64,000 nt of DNA from Pontiella sp. (GTDB lineage: Bacteria; Verrucomicrobiota; Kiritimatiellia; Kiritimatiellales; Pontiellaceae), in the NCBI GenBank assembly GCA_050290185.1, contig JBNKHE010000001.1, positions 740,803 through 804,802 of the forward strand. Direction: 5' to 3'. Numbering within the stretch: the first letter of the stretch is position 1; each line of letters opens with the position of its first letter. A model generated the notes under the pieces. The model was not told the DNA's origin and ran no database searches. It worked only from the letters and a program-made list of their open reading frames with translations. Position numbers and translations under genes: made by a program. Of this stretch, positions 46,943-55,284 are shown piece after piece.

Positions 46943-48139
46943 ATGTCGAAAGTTTTGATCATTGGAGCCGGTGGAGTCAGCGGCGTGGTTGTGCACAAGT
47001 GCGCGGCGTTGCCGGAAGTGTTTTCGGAAATCATGCTGGCCAGCCGCACGAAGTCGAAGTGCGATGCCATCGCCGCCCAGCTTTCCCGTCCGATCCAGAC
47101 GGCACAGGTCGATGCCGACAACGTGCCTGAGCTGGTTGCGCTGATTAAGTCGTTCGGGCCGGAGCTCGTGATCAATGTCGCCCTGCCCTACCAAGACCTG
47201 CATATCATGGATGCCTGCCTTGAAACCGGTGTGGCCTATCTCGACACCGCCAACTATGAGCCGGAAGATACCGCCAAGTTCGAGTACAAGTGGCAGTGGG
47301 CCTATCATGACCGCTTCAAGGAAGCCGGACTGATGGCGTTGCTCGGCAGCGGCTTCGATCCCGGCGTCACCTCCGTCTTCTGCACCTACATCCAGAAGCA
47401 CTATCTCGACGAAATCCATTATATCGATATCATCGACGTAAACGCCGGTGACCACGGCTATCCCTTTGCCACCAACTTCAACCCGGAGATCAACATCCGC
47501 GAAGTCACCGCCAAGGGGCGCTACTGGGAAAACGGCGAATGGATCGAAACCGCGCCGCTCTCCGTCAAGCACCGCTTCGAGGTGCCGGAAAACATCGCCA
47601 CGCCCAACATTTACCTGATGTACCACGAAGAACTCGAATCGCTCGCCACGCATATTCCGCACCTTAAGCGCGCGCGCTTCTGGATGAGCTTCGGCGACAG
47701 CTATCTCAAGCATCTCGAAGTGCTCGGCAACGTCGGCATGACCCGCATCGACGAAGTAGAGTTCAACGGCCAGAAGATCATTCCGCTGCAGTTCCTCAAG
47801 GCGCTGCTGCCCGACCCGGCCTCGCTAGGTCCGCGCACCAAGGGCAAGACGTGGATCGGCTGCCAGGTGACCGGCCTCAAGGACGGCAAGGAAAAGACCG
47901 TGGTCGTCTACAACACCTGCGATCATCAGGAGTGCTATGCCGAAGTGCAATCGCAGGCCATCTCATACACTACCGGCGTGCCGGCTTTCATCGGCGCCAA
48001 GATGCTCATCGAAAAGAAGTGGACCGGAAACGGCGTCTTCAACATGGAACAGATGGATCCCGACCCCTTCATGGAAGACCTCAACAAATACGGCCTCCCT
48101 TGGAAGGTTGTGGAAGGTCCGGTCATCGATCTCGACTGA
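46943..48139 (+). CDS. Carboxy(nor)spermidine dehydrogenase (saccharopine dehydrogenase family)
   Basis: IIGAGGV, NVALPYQDL, YLDTANYE, GFDPGVT, FATNFNPEINIRE, HEELESL, ISYTTGVP; context with speA and nspC. Confidence 0.92.
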   Translation: MSKVLIIGAGGVSGVVVHKCAALPEVFSEIMLASRTKSKCDAIAAQLSRPIQTAQVDADNVPELVALIKSFGPELVINVALPYQDLHIMDACLETGVAYLDTANYEPEDTAKFEYKWQWAYHDRFKEAGLMALLGSGFDPGVTSVFCTYIQKHYLDEIHYIDIIDVNAGDHGYPFATNFNPEINIREVTAKGRYWENGEWIETAPLSVKHRFEVPENIATPNIYLMYHEELESLATHIPHLKRARFWMSFGDSYLKHLEVLGNVGMTRIDEVEFNGQKIIPLQFLKALLPDPASLGPRTKGKTWIGCQVTGLKDGKEKTVVVYNTCDHQECYAEVQSQAISYTTGVPAFIGAKMLIEKKWTGNGVFNMEQMDPDPFMEDLNKYGLPWKVVEGPVIDLD

Positions 48140-48160
48140 TCCACCGGCGTACGAGCGCAC

Positions 48161-48802
48161 TTAATCCGTACCGTACTCGGGACGGTACGGGCCATAAAGC
48201 AATCCCTTGTTGCGCGTCGTAAAGAGTTTCGCACTGGCCGTAACGGCCACATTGTGCGCCTCATCCACACTGTGGGATACGACCTGACTGACCGCGGCGG
48301 AGACCAGCATGCCGACCAGATCGCTTGATCCACTGGAGGAACTCTGGTGCACGTCCACCACCCCGCTCCAGAGCAACGTTCCGGTTTTTACATCCACCAG
48401 CCGTGCATGCATACGCACAATCGTGGAACTGTCTAAAACGGCATACTTCGTTCCATACTGGTTCACCGTGAGATAGAGGACGGCATCCGCCCCAATGATT
48501 TCGTCTACCTTGCGTAGTGGAATCTGGTTCATTTCTCCGGCGGTGGGCATTCCATTTTCCTTGAGAAACTGGTCGATGACCGCCACGGGAAATACATAAT
48601 AGCCCATTTCCGCCAGCGGTCGGGTCACCGTCGAAAGCACCCCGTAAGTCGCCTTCAGGTCCGTACTGTCATTCAATGGCGGAATCACCAGCACCGATCG
48701 AGGGCGATATGCACGGAAGGCCGTGTAATCCGGTGGCGTGGCACAACCAGATAGAAACCCGATTGCCAAAACCGCGAAAAAGAATCCGGTCAACCTACGC
48801 AT
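48161..48802 (-). CDS. DUF799 (GNA1162-like) lipoprotein
   Basis: LSGC lipobox, PRSVLVIPPLN, PLAEMGYYVFPV, GADAVLY, LLYGPY. Confidence 0.85.
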   Translation of the reverse strand: MRRLTGFFFAVLAIGFLSGCATPPDYTAFRAYRPRSVLVIPPLNDSTDLKATYGVLSTVTRPLAEMGYYVFPVAVIDQFLKENGMPTAGEMNQIPLRKVDEIIGADAVLYLTVNQYGTKYAVLDSSTIVRMHARLVDVKTGTLLWSGVVDVHQSSSSGSSDLVGMLVSAAVSQVVSHSVDEAHNVAVTASAKLFTTRNKGLLYGPYRPEYGTD

Positions 48803-49151
48803 GGCCGCCCCCCAGTTTCTTGATAAACCGATCCATCAGCACGGAAGATTCAGGGAAAGCCGCCTTTTCGGCTTCGAAGGATTGCTTCGCCAGATCGAAC
48901 TTGCCGAGCTGGAAATAGAGAAAGCCGAGATGCGCCTCGAACCCGGGCGGAAGTGGCTTGTCTTTGGAACGAGCCCGCTCGATATCAGCCTCCATCAGCT
49001 CAACCTGACGTTCCGGCGGCATTTCACCGGGCTCGTTATACATTTTATAGATCTGGTTTTCATAACTCCCCCAGTAATACAGGCTGGGCGAAGCGCAACC
49101 GGAGAGCAGAAGAATTCCAGCGAGTCCAACAACGGCGGCAATAGGCTTCAT
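48795..49151 (-). CDS. DUF4810 lipoprotein
   Basis: LSGC, LYYWGSYE..IY, PPG..AHLG.LY, F..EK..FPES. Confidence 0.85.
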   Translation of the reverse strand: MKPIAAVVGLAGILLLSGCASPSLYYWGSYENQIYKMYNEPGEMPPERQVELMEADIERARSKDKPLPPGFEAHLGFLYFQLGKFDLAKQSFEAEKAAFPESSVLMDRFIKKLGGGHA

Positions 49152-49152
49152 G

Positions 49153-49836
49153 CTAGTCCTTCGTCGGGGTCCATGCCCCGGACTCGATGCCTTCAACCAA
49201 GTGGTTCACTGCCTCGCGGATGGCCAGATCAAGCACCTTGCCATTGAGCGTGGAATCATAGCCGGCGGTACCGCCCGTTCCGACAATCTCACGATTGCTC
49301 AACACATATTCGCCGGCACCCTGAACCGAAAAGACCACGGATGAGCTTTTGACATCGACGATATTCAGCGTGACCTTGGCGTAGGCCACCTGCTTCTTGC
49401 CGGAACCGAGGATGCCGAAGAGCTGGACATCGCCGGTTTCCTTGCGACCGAACTCGGAGACCTGACCGGTAACAACATAGTCGGCCCCTTGAAGCTTTTG
49501 TTCCACGCCCTGCAGTTGCGCTTCCTTGGCGATCTCCTCCATGTTACCGCGATCCAGCACATTGAAACGGCCGGTCTGTTGCAGGTGGGAAATCAGAATA
49601 GTCTTGGACTGGCTTCCCAGCCGATCAACGCCATCCGAAAAAAGTCCGCGCATGTAGCCGGTCCGGTTTTCAAACTTGCCGACGGCCAGCTTGTTTTTGG
49701 GTCCGCTATAATACGTGTTGGCCGAAGCTACCTGCGTCGGCTGTATCGTCTTGTGCGATTCCGAGGCACAACCGGCCAGTACGACCGCCATGGCCGAACA
49801 AGCGATCCATTTCCATCCGCAAATCATCCTATTCAT
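49153..49836 (-). CDS. CsgG/HfaB family lipoprotein
   Basis: LAGC, AVGKFENR, LQQTGRFNVLDR, GADYVVTG.VSEFG, LDLAIREAV. Confidence 0.85.
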   Translation of the reverse strand: MNRMICGWKWIACSAMAVVLAGCASESHKTIQPTQVASANTYYSGPKNKLAVGKFENRTGYMRGLFSDGVDRLGSQSKTILISHLQQTGRFNVLDRGNMEEIAKEAQLQGVEQKLQGADYVVTGQVSEFGRKETGDVQLFGILGSGKKQVAYAKVTLNIVDVKSSSVVFSVQGAGEYVLSNREIVGTGGTAGYDSTLNGKVLDLAIREAVNHLVEGIESGAWTPTKD

Positions 49837-49962
49837 GAAGCGACTCCTTCTGTTTGACTCGCGCCAAATACTACCACGAAGCCTTGCAACCACAAGTCCA
49901 GACACCGTTCAGTTCGCATTCCACCTTCCCTTTTTCCATCATCCCGTGTATTGCGTATCGGC

Positions 49963-51120
49963 ATGAAAACCCCGGTATTTATTGTCGACGAAGAACGCAT
50001 CCGCAAAAACTGCCAGACCCTCGCCTCCGTGAAGGAACGCACGGGCTGCACAGTATTGCTCGCCCTCAAGGGTTTTGCCATGTGGCCGCTGTTTCCACTG
50101 ATTCGCGAATACCTCGACGGCACCTGCGCCAGCTCACCATGGGAAGCGCGCCTTGGCCGGGAAGAATTCAACGGCGAAGTGCATGCCTTTGCCGCCGCTT
50201 ATTCCGAAGCGGACTTTGCCGAGTTGCTGACACTATGCGACGAGATCGATTTTAATTCGTTTACGCAATGGGAACAATTCAAGCCGCTCGCCGAATCGGG
50301 GACCCAGCCGACAAAGTTTGGCTTGCGCATCAACCCGGAATGCTCGACGCAACCGGCCGACCACGCCATCTATGATCCGTGCGCGCCGAAGTCGCGCCTC
50401 GGCATCCGGCGACGAGACTTTGAAGGACAATCCCTTGACGGCATATCCGGCCTGCACTTCCACACGCTCTGCGAGCAGAATTCGGATGACTTGCAAACGA
50501 CGCTGAAAGCGGTCGAGGAAAGGTTTGGAGAATTCCTGCCACAGATGGAATGGGTCAACTTTGGCGGCGGGCACCACGTTACGCGCAACGACTACAACAT
50601 CGACCTGCTCTGCACGCTGATTAACGACTTCAAGGCGAAGTACGGCGTTCAGGTCATTCTCGAACCCGGCGAAGCCGTCGCACTTAATGCCGGCGTACTG
50701 GTTTCAACGGTGATGGACGTGATCGACAATGATGGCGCAATCGCAATTCTCGATGCGTCCTGCACCTGCCACATGCCCGACGTTCTGGAAATGCCCTACC
50801 GTCCCCTCATCGGAATTTTGAAGGGCGACAATCTGTTTTCCCCCTTGAACGATCCTGCAGGCGAAGCCGGAGAAAAAGCGTACACCTACAAACTGGCCGG
50901 GCTAAGCTGTCTGGCGGGCGACGTCATCGGCGACTATTCCTTCGATGAACCCCTCCAGACCGGCGACCGGCTGGTTTTCGGCGACATGGCGCACTACTCG
51001 ATGGTAAAAACCTCCTTCTTCAACGGCATCCAGCATCCCGACATCGCCATCCTGCGCGATGGAGAAATACATCTTGTTCGCCGCTTCGGCTACGACGACT
51101 ATAAAAACCGGCTGTCCTAA
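49963..51120 (+). CDS. nspC: Carboxynorspermidine decarboxylase
   Basis: LLALKGF, LRINP, YDPC...SRLG, GLHFHTLCEQ, NFGGGHH, EPGEA, HMPDVLEMPY, CLAGDVIG, DYKNRLS. Confidence 0.95.
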   Translation: MKTPVFIVDEERIRKNCQTLASVKERTGCTVLLALKGFAMWPLFPLIREYLDGTCASSPWEARLGREEFNGEVHAFAAAYSEADFAELLTLCDEIDFNSFTQWEQFKPLAESGTQPTKFGLRINPECSTQPADHAIYDPCAPKSRLGIRRRDFEGQSLDGISGLHFHTLCEQNSDDLQTTLKAVEERFGEFLPQMEWVNFGGGHHVTRNDYNIDLLCTLINDFKAKYGVQVILEPGEAVALNAGVLVSTVMDVIDNDGAIAILDASCTCHMPDVLEMPYRPLIGILKGDNLFSPLNDPAGEAGEKAYTYKLAGLSCLAGDVIGDYSFDEPLQTGDRLVFGDMAHYSMVKTSFFNGIQHPDIAILRDGEIHLVRRFGYDDYKNRLS

Positions 51121-51125
51121 AACGA

Positions 51126-51153
51126 GAAAAGCGCCCGAAAAAAGGGCGCTTTC
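51126..51153. terminator. Bidirectional terminator nspC/porin
   Basis: GAAAAGCGCCC-GAAAAAA-GGGCGCTTTC. Confidence 0.8.
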
Positions 51154-51176
51154 CTGATGATTAATTTTAGGCGTAG

Positions 51177-51920
51177 CTACATGCTGCAGCCAACGCTAAA
51201 CGTGGCCACCAATCCTCTATCATAGGCAGCGTCCGTCAGCACGTTGTCATCGATCTGTCCAATATAAGTCAACGCTCCGCCGACACTCCACATTTCATTC
51301 AGAGCGTAGTTGAATGCGCCACTCAGTTCATATTGGTTAAAACCATCATCGAGTCCGGCCGATGCGTTTCCGTCGCCCTGAACCATCACACCGAGCAGGG
51401 CGCCTAACGAGACATCAAGCTCTTCGGAAACCTGCTTGGAGTAATTCGCATGCATATCGAAGTATTTCTGGCTTTCCGTAGCCGCAACTTCATCGTCGAT
51501 CATGAAATTGGCGCGGCCTCCGATTGAGATGTTTTCGCACAATGCATACGCCGCACCGAGGTTGACTTCCTGTTCACCCGCACCACCGGCATATTGGTAT
51601 TCCGTAAATCCGATGTTCAGATTCAGGTTGCTCACGATTTCCGGCAAGGTATATGCCGCATACCAGTCGGTTTCATGGAGGTTGTCATATGTATCCCAGA
51701 ATGGGGCCGTACTCCCCCATACGCCCAGATCAATCGATCCGTATTCATCCTTTAGCCCAAAGCCATCCACCTCAATGCCTGGCTGCACCACCAGATCATC
51801 TACGACCGTGGTACCCCGAAACACATAGGCTGAAGCAAAGTCCGCTGTCACACTTGTTCCAGCAGACGCTATGGTTGCAACAAGGCTAGACGCCAAGGTA
51901 GTAACAATTACCTTCTTCAT
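51177..51920 (-). CDS. TorF/TIGR02001-like putative outer-membrane porin, copy B
   Basis: Signal peptide, DFASAYVFRG, QPGI, WGS, ETDWYAAY, EYQY. Confidence 0.75.
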   Translation of the reverse strand: MKKVIVTTLASSLVATIASAGTSVTADFASAYVFRGTTVVDDLVVQPGIEVDGFGLKDEYGSIDLGVWGSTAPFWDTYDNLHETDWYAAYTLPEIVSNLNLNIGFTEYQYAGGAGEQEVNLGAAYALCENISIGGRANFMIDDEVAATESQKYFDMHANYSKQVSEELDVSLGALLGVMVQGDGNASAGLDDGFNQYELSGAFNYALNEMWSVGGALTYIGQIDDNVLTDAAYDRGLVATFSVGCSM

Positions 51921-52103
51921 GCAGTATCTCCTTACTTGTGTTTACGTGTATGCACTCTAATCGGAGATCGCCTCCTACCTAAAACCCTCGAGGACCGAAT
52001 CGCATTACCACAGATCTGGAAATCCTGTCAATTCTTTGAATACCCTCCTGTCCGAGGCGAGTTGGCTGATTGATTGTTCGCAAGACAACTGTAAGCAGGA
52101 AAC

Positions 52104-52135
52104 AAAAAACGCCCTCCGCCGAAGCGGAGAGCGTT
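52104..52135 (-). terminator. Terminator of the truncated porin copy
   Basis: AACGCTCTCCG-CTTCGG-CGGAGGGCGTTTTTT on the minus strand (UUCG loop). Confidence 0.8.
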
Positions 52136-52158
52136 CGTCTTACTAGGGGAGGATATCC

Positions 52159-52242
52159 TCAGAAGGAGGCTGCAAGGCTGAACATACCGACGAAGTCGAC
52201 ATCATACGCGTACATTCCATCAGGAAGAACCGCGTCATCCAG
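52159..52242 (-). pseudogene. 3' fragment of a third porin paralog
   Basis: Translates LDDAVLPDGMYAYDVDFVGMFSLAASF*, matching the C-termini of both intact porins (IDSDVLTTDVDFVGMFSLACDM). Confidence 0.85.
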
Positions 52243-52329
52243 CACCCCGATATCGCCATCCTGCGCAACGGCGAAATTAAAGTGGTCCGGGAATTAGGCT
52301 ATAACGACTACAAGAACCGTCTAGCCTAG
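52237..52329 (+). pseudogene. Diverged duplicate of the nspC 3' end
   Basis: IQHPDIAILRNGEIKVVRELGYNDYKNRLA* versus nspC IQHPDIAILRDGEIHLVRRFGYDDYKNRLS*; both 93 nt. Confidence 0.9.
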
Positions 52330-52334
52330 AATGA

Positions 52335-52362
52335 GAAAAGCGCCCCGGAAGGGACGCTTTTC
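52335..52362. terminator. Bidirectional terminator (homolog of 51126-51153)
   Basis: GAAAAGCGCCCC-GGAA-GGGACGCTTTTC. Confidence 0.8.
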
Positions 52363-52382
52363 AACAATCCATGTTGCATGGA

Positions 52383-53093
52383 TTACATGTCGCAAGCCAA
52401 GCTGAACATGCCAACGAAGTCTACGTCGGTAGTTAGAACGTCGGAGTCGATCTCACCGATGTAGGTTCCGGAAAGACCTGCACTCCAGGTTTCAGACAGC
52501 GCATAGCTTGCGCCAATGGACAGGTCGTAGTCGCTGAAGCCGGACTTACCAGCGTCAGGATCCAGATAACCCAAGCGCGCACCAAGGGATACAACCAAGT
52601 CGTCAGATGCCTCGATATCATACCCGGCACCGAGTTCGCCATACATCTGAGTACCAATCAATCCGCCAATACCCTGATAATAGGTAGCAGACAGAGCAAC
52701 TCCGGCCAGATCATAGCCAAGACCCAGACTGGCTTCCTTGTCGCTGCTACCCGCACCATAGGCGTATTCGCAATAACCGACAGAAACATCCAGACCATCT
52801 ACCAAGGTCGGCAGGCTGTAGGCCGCATACGCGTCTACTTCCTGAAAGGTGCTTGAATTATCCCCTTCAAGGTCGGCACTACCCCAAAAACCAGCGGATA
52901 CGGCACCGCATTCTTCTGGCAAACCGAACCCGGAAGCCTCGATACCCGGCTGGAAACTTGCTCCATCCAGCAACGTCACACCGCGAAATACGTAGGCGGA
53001 CGCGAAGTCCATTGAAACACTCACTTCTGCGGATGCGACGGCTGCAACCAGTCCGGCTGCCATTGTAGTAATAATAATTTTCTTCATATTCAT
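52383..53093 (-). CDS. TorF/TIGR02001-like putative outer-membrane porin, copy A
   Basis: Signal peptide, DFASAYVFRG, FQPGIE, EVDAYAAY; downstream of glnK. Confidence 0.78.
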   Translation of the reverse strand: MNMKKIIITTMAAGLVAAVASAEVSVSMDFASAYVFRGVTLLDGASFQPGIEASGFGLPEECGAVSAGFWGSADLEGDNSSTFQEVDAYAAYSLPTLVDGLDVSVGYCEYAYGAGSSDKEASLGLGYDLAGVALSATYYQGIGGLIGTQMYGELGAGYDIEASDDLVVSLGARLGYLDPDAGKSGFSDYDLSIGASYALSETWSAGLSGTYIGEIDSDVLTTDVDFVGMFSLACDM

Positions 53094-53215
53094 CTCCTTC
53101 TGTTTGTTTTTTACTTTATTGGTTTATCAAATGTATTCGGAGACCGGGCCCCGATGAAGTCCCTCGAGGATGCGTAAGGAAATCGCACGGGAACCCGGCC
53201 CCCAGATTCTATATT

Positions 53216-53557
53216 CTAGCCAACAGCCTCCGGCCCTTTTTCGCCTGTCCGGATGCGGATGCATTCAGGCAGATCGAGGATGAAGATCTTGCCGTCACCA
53301 ATATTTCCGGTACGGGCACCCTTGATGAGGGCGTCAACAGTCATGTCGACGAAATCGTCGTTGACCGCGATCTCCATGCGGACCTTCTTCAGCAGGTTCA
53401 CTTCGATGTCTGCACCGCGATAGGTTTCGTGGTAGCCCTTCTGCTGACCGCAGCCCATGGCGTTGGTCACCGACATCTTGTAGACTTCCTTCTCGTACAA
53501 AGCCTGTTTCACTTCGTTAAGCTGTTCAGGCTGTATGTATGCAATAATCAGTTTCAT
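53216..53557 (-). CDS. glnK: PII nitrogen regulatory protein
   Basis: GCGQQKG...[33 protein letters not shown]; adjacent to amtB. Confidence 0.93.
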   Translation of the reverse strand: MKLIIAYIQPEQLNEVKQALYEKEVYKMSVTNAMGCGQQKGYHETYRGADIEVNLLKKVRMEIAVNDDFVDMTVDALIKGARTGNIGDGKIFILDLPECIRIRTGEKGPEAVG

Positions 53558-53584
53558 GATAATTCTCCTATTCTCAGCCCGTGA

Positions 53585-54985
53585 TTAGTTGGTAGTGAAG
53601 ATCTGGAAGCCGTTGTAGGCTTCTTCGCCGTGTTCGCCGATGTCCAGGCCGCGCAGTTCTTCTTCCTTGCTGACGCGGAGCATGCCGATCTTCTTAAGAA
53701 CGAAGAACAGGATGAACATGGTGGCAAACGCCCAGAGCGGAATGGCGACCGAACCTACGATCTGAGCAACCCAGTTGCCGTATTCGCCGATGGTCTGCGA
53801 GGAGCATCCATCGTAGGAGCCGAAGATCGCAACAGCGATACCGCCCCACACACCGCAAAGGCCATGTACCGGGAACGCACCAACTGTGTCGTCGATTTTA
53901 AGCTTATCGAGTAACTTGACCCCGAGGCAGACCAGGACGCCGGCAACGGCACCGATAACAATGGCTTCAACGTTGGTCACGCCATCACAGTTAGCCGTGA
54001 TACCCACCAAACCGCCCAGTACCCCATTGGCCGCCATGGTCAGGTCGGGCTTCCTGTGCATGAACCAGGTGGTAAGCATGGCAACGAATCCACCAGCTCC
54101 AGCTGCGAGCAGGGTGTTGACCGCGATCAGCATGACTGCATCGGTGTTATCCTTACCGACAATCGCGAGCTGCGAACCGGGGTTGAAACCGAACCAACCG
54201 ATTAAGAGAATAAATACACCAAGCGCCGCAATCGGAAGGTTGTGTCCGGGCATGGCCTTGGACTTGCCATCCTTGGTGAAGCGGCCAATACGCGGTCCGA
54301 GAACAATTGCAGCGGCCAGCGCGGCAAATCCACCCACGGCGTGTACAACGAGCGAACCGGCAAAGTCATAGAAACCCATTCCATCGAGCCACCCGCCGCC
54401 CCATTTCCAGTAGCCGGAAACCGGATAAATAAACGCAGTGATCACCGCGCTGTATACAAGGTAGGCGCTGAATTTAAGACGTCCGGCAACCGCACCAGAT
54501 ACAATCGTAGCAGCCGTCGCTGCAAACGCCACCTGGAACAACCAGTCGACCTGTGGGTGCAAAGCACCGGCTCCTGCGGCAAAATCGGCTGCGGGCTTAT
54601 AAATTCCGAATCCGCCAAAATTCAAATAGGGATTCACATCACCACCATATGATCCCGCGTACATGATGCCGAAGCCGACAGCAAAGAACAGGATCATACC
54701 GATACACAGGTCCATCAAGTTTTTGAACAGGATGTTCACTGTATTCTTTGCCTGATTGAAACCTGACTCAACCATCGCGAATCCGGCCTGCATGAACAGC
54801 ACCAAAACCGCAGCCAGCATCAGGAACATATTATCGATGGCATACGCCGATTCATTCACCGCAGCCGCAGCATCGAACGCCGGCTCCGTAACGGCAGCAT
54901 CCTGCGCCCAGACCGGAGACGCCAAACCAAGCACCAATGCCGCCGCAATCAATGCTGGTATCTTCAACCACTTCATTTTTTTCAT
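53585..54985 (-). CDS. amtB: Ammonium transporter
   Basis: FMQAGFAMVESG, FQVAFAAT..TIVSGAVA, DFAGSLVVH, WFGFNPGS, IDD..GAFPVHG, GLDIGEHG. Confidence 0.96.
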   Translation of the reverse strand: MKKMKWLKIPALIAAALVLGLASPVWAQDAAVTEPAFDAAAAVNESAYAIDNMFLMLAAVLVLFMQAGFAMVESGFNQAKNTVNILFKNLMDLCIGMILFFAVGFGIMYAGSYGGDVNPYLNFGGFGIYKPAADFAAGAGALHPQVDWLFQVAFAATAATIVSGAVAGRLKFSAYLVYSAVITAFIYPVSGYWKWGGGWLDGMGFYDFAGSLVVHAVGGFAALAAAIVLGPRIGRFTKDGKSKAMPGHNLPIAALGVFILLIGWFGFNPGSQLAIVGKDNTDAVMLIAVNTLLAAGAGGFVAMLTTWFMHRKPDLTMAANGVLGGLVGITANCDGVTNVEAIVIGAVAGVLVCLGVKLLDKLKIDDTVGAFPVHGLCGVWGGIAVAIFGSYDGCSSQTIGEYGNWVAQIVGSVAIPLWAFATMFILFFVLKKIGMLRVSKEEELRGLDIGEHGEEAYNGFQIFTTN

Positions 54986-55052
54986 CTACACATCCTCCGT
55001 TGAGGTTTTCTTTCTCTGCGAACACCATGCTCGCGATTACGGAGGGCCCTAT

Positions 55053-55068
55053 TGCACCAGGTATGCCA
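55053..55068 (-). promoter_or_regulatory. sigma54 promoter of amtB-glnK
   Basis: Minus strand TGGCATACCTGGTGCA (GG-N10-GC), AT-rich upstream region; expected context for nitrogen genes. Confidence 0.7.
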
Positions 55069-55284
55069 ACGCGGCATACAAGGCGCCTGACTGATTCATA
55101 AAGCATTACCATGCAACGTAATAAAAAATTGTGCGATTTTTGACAAATTTGATCCACAAACCATTTTGTATCCATTTTTGTTTTCATTAGCCATCGTTAT
55201 ACAATTTTGTAACCTCATCCAATAAAATGTCTAAAATCCGCTATTTATTCTCCTATTTCTCTGTTTCCCCATTAAGATTGCGCC

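Noticed and set aside
54994..55045. CCTCCGT/ACGGAGG stem sequestering the amtB SD
   Set aside because: The predicted sigma54 start (about 55042) would remove part of the 5' arm, leaving about 4 bp; needs TSS data.
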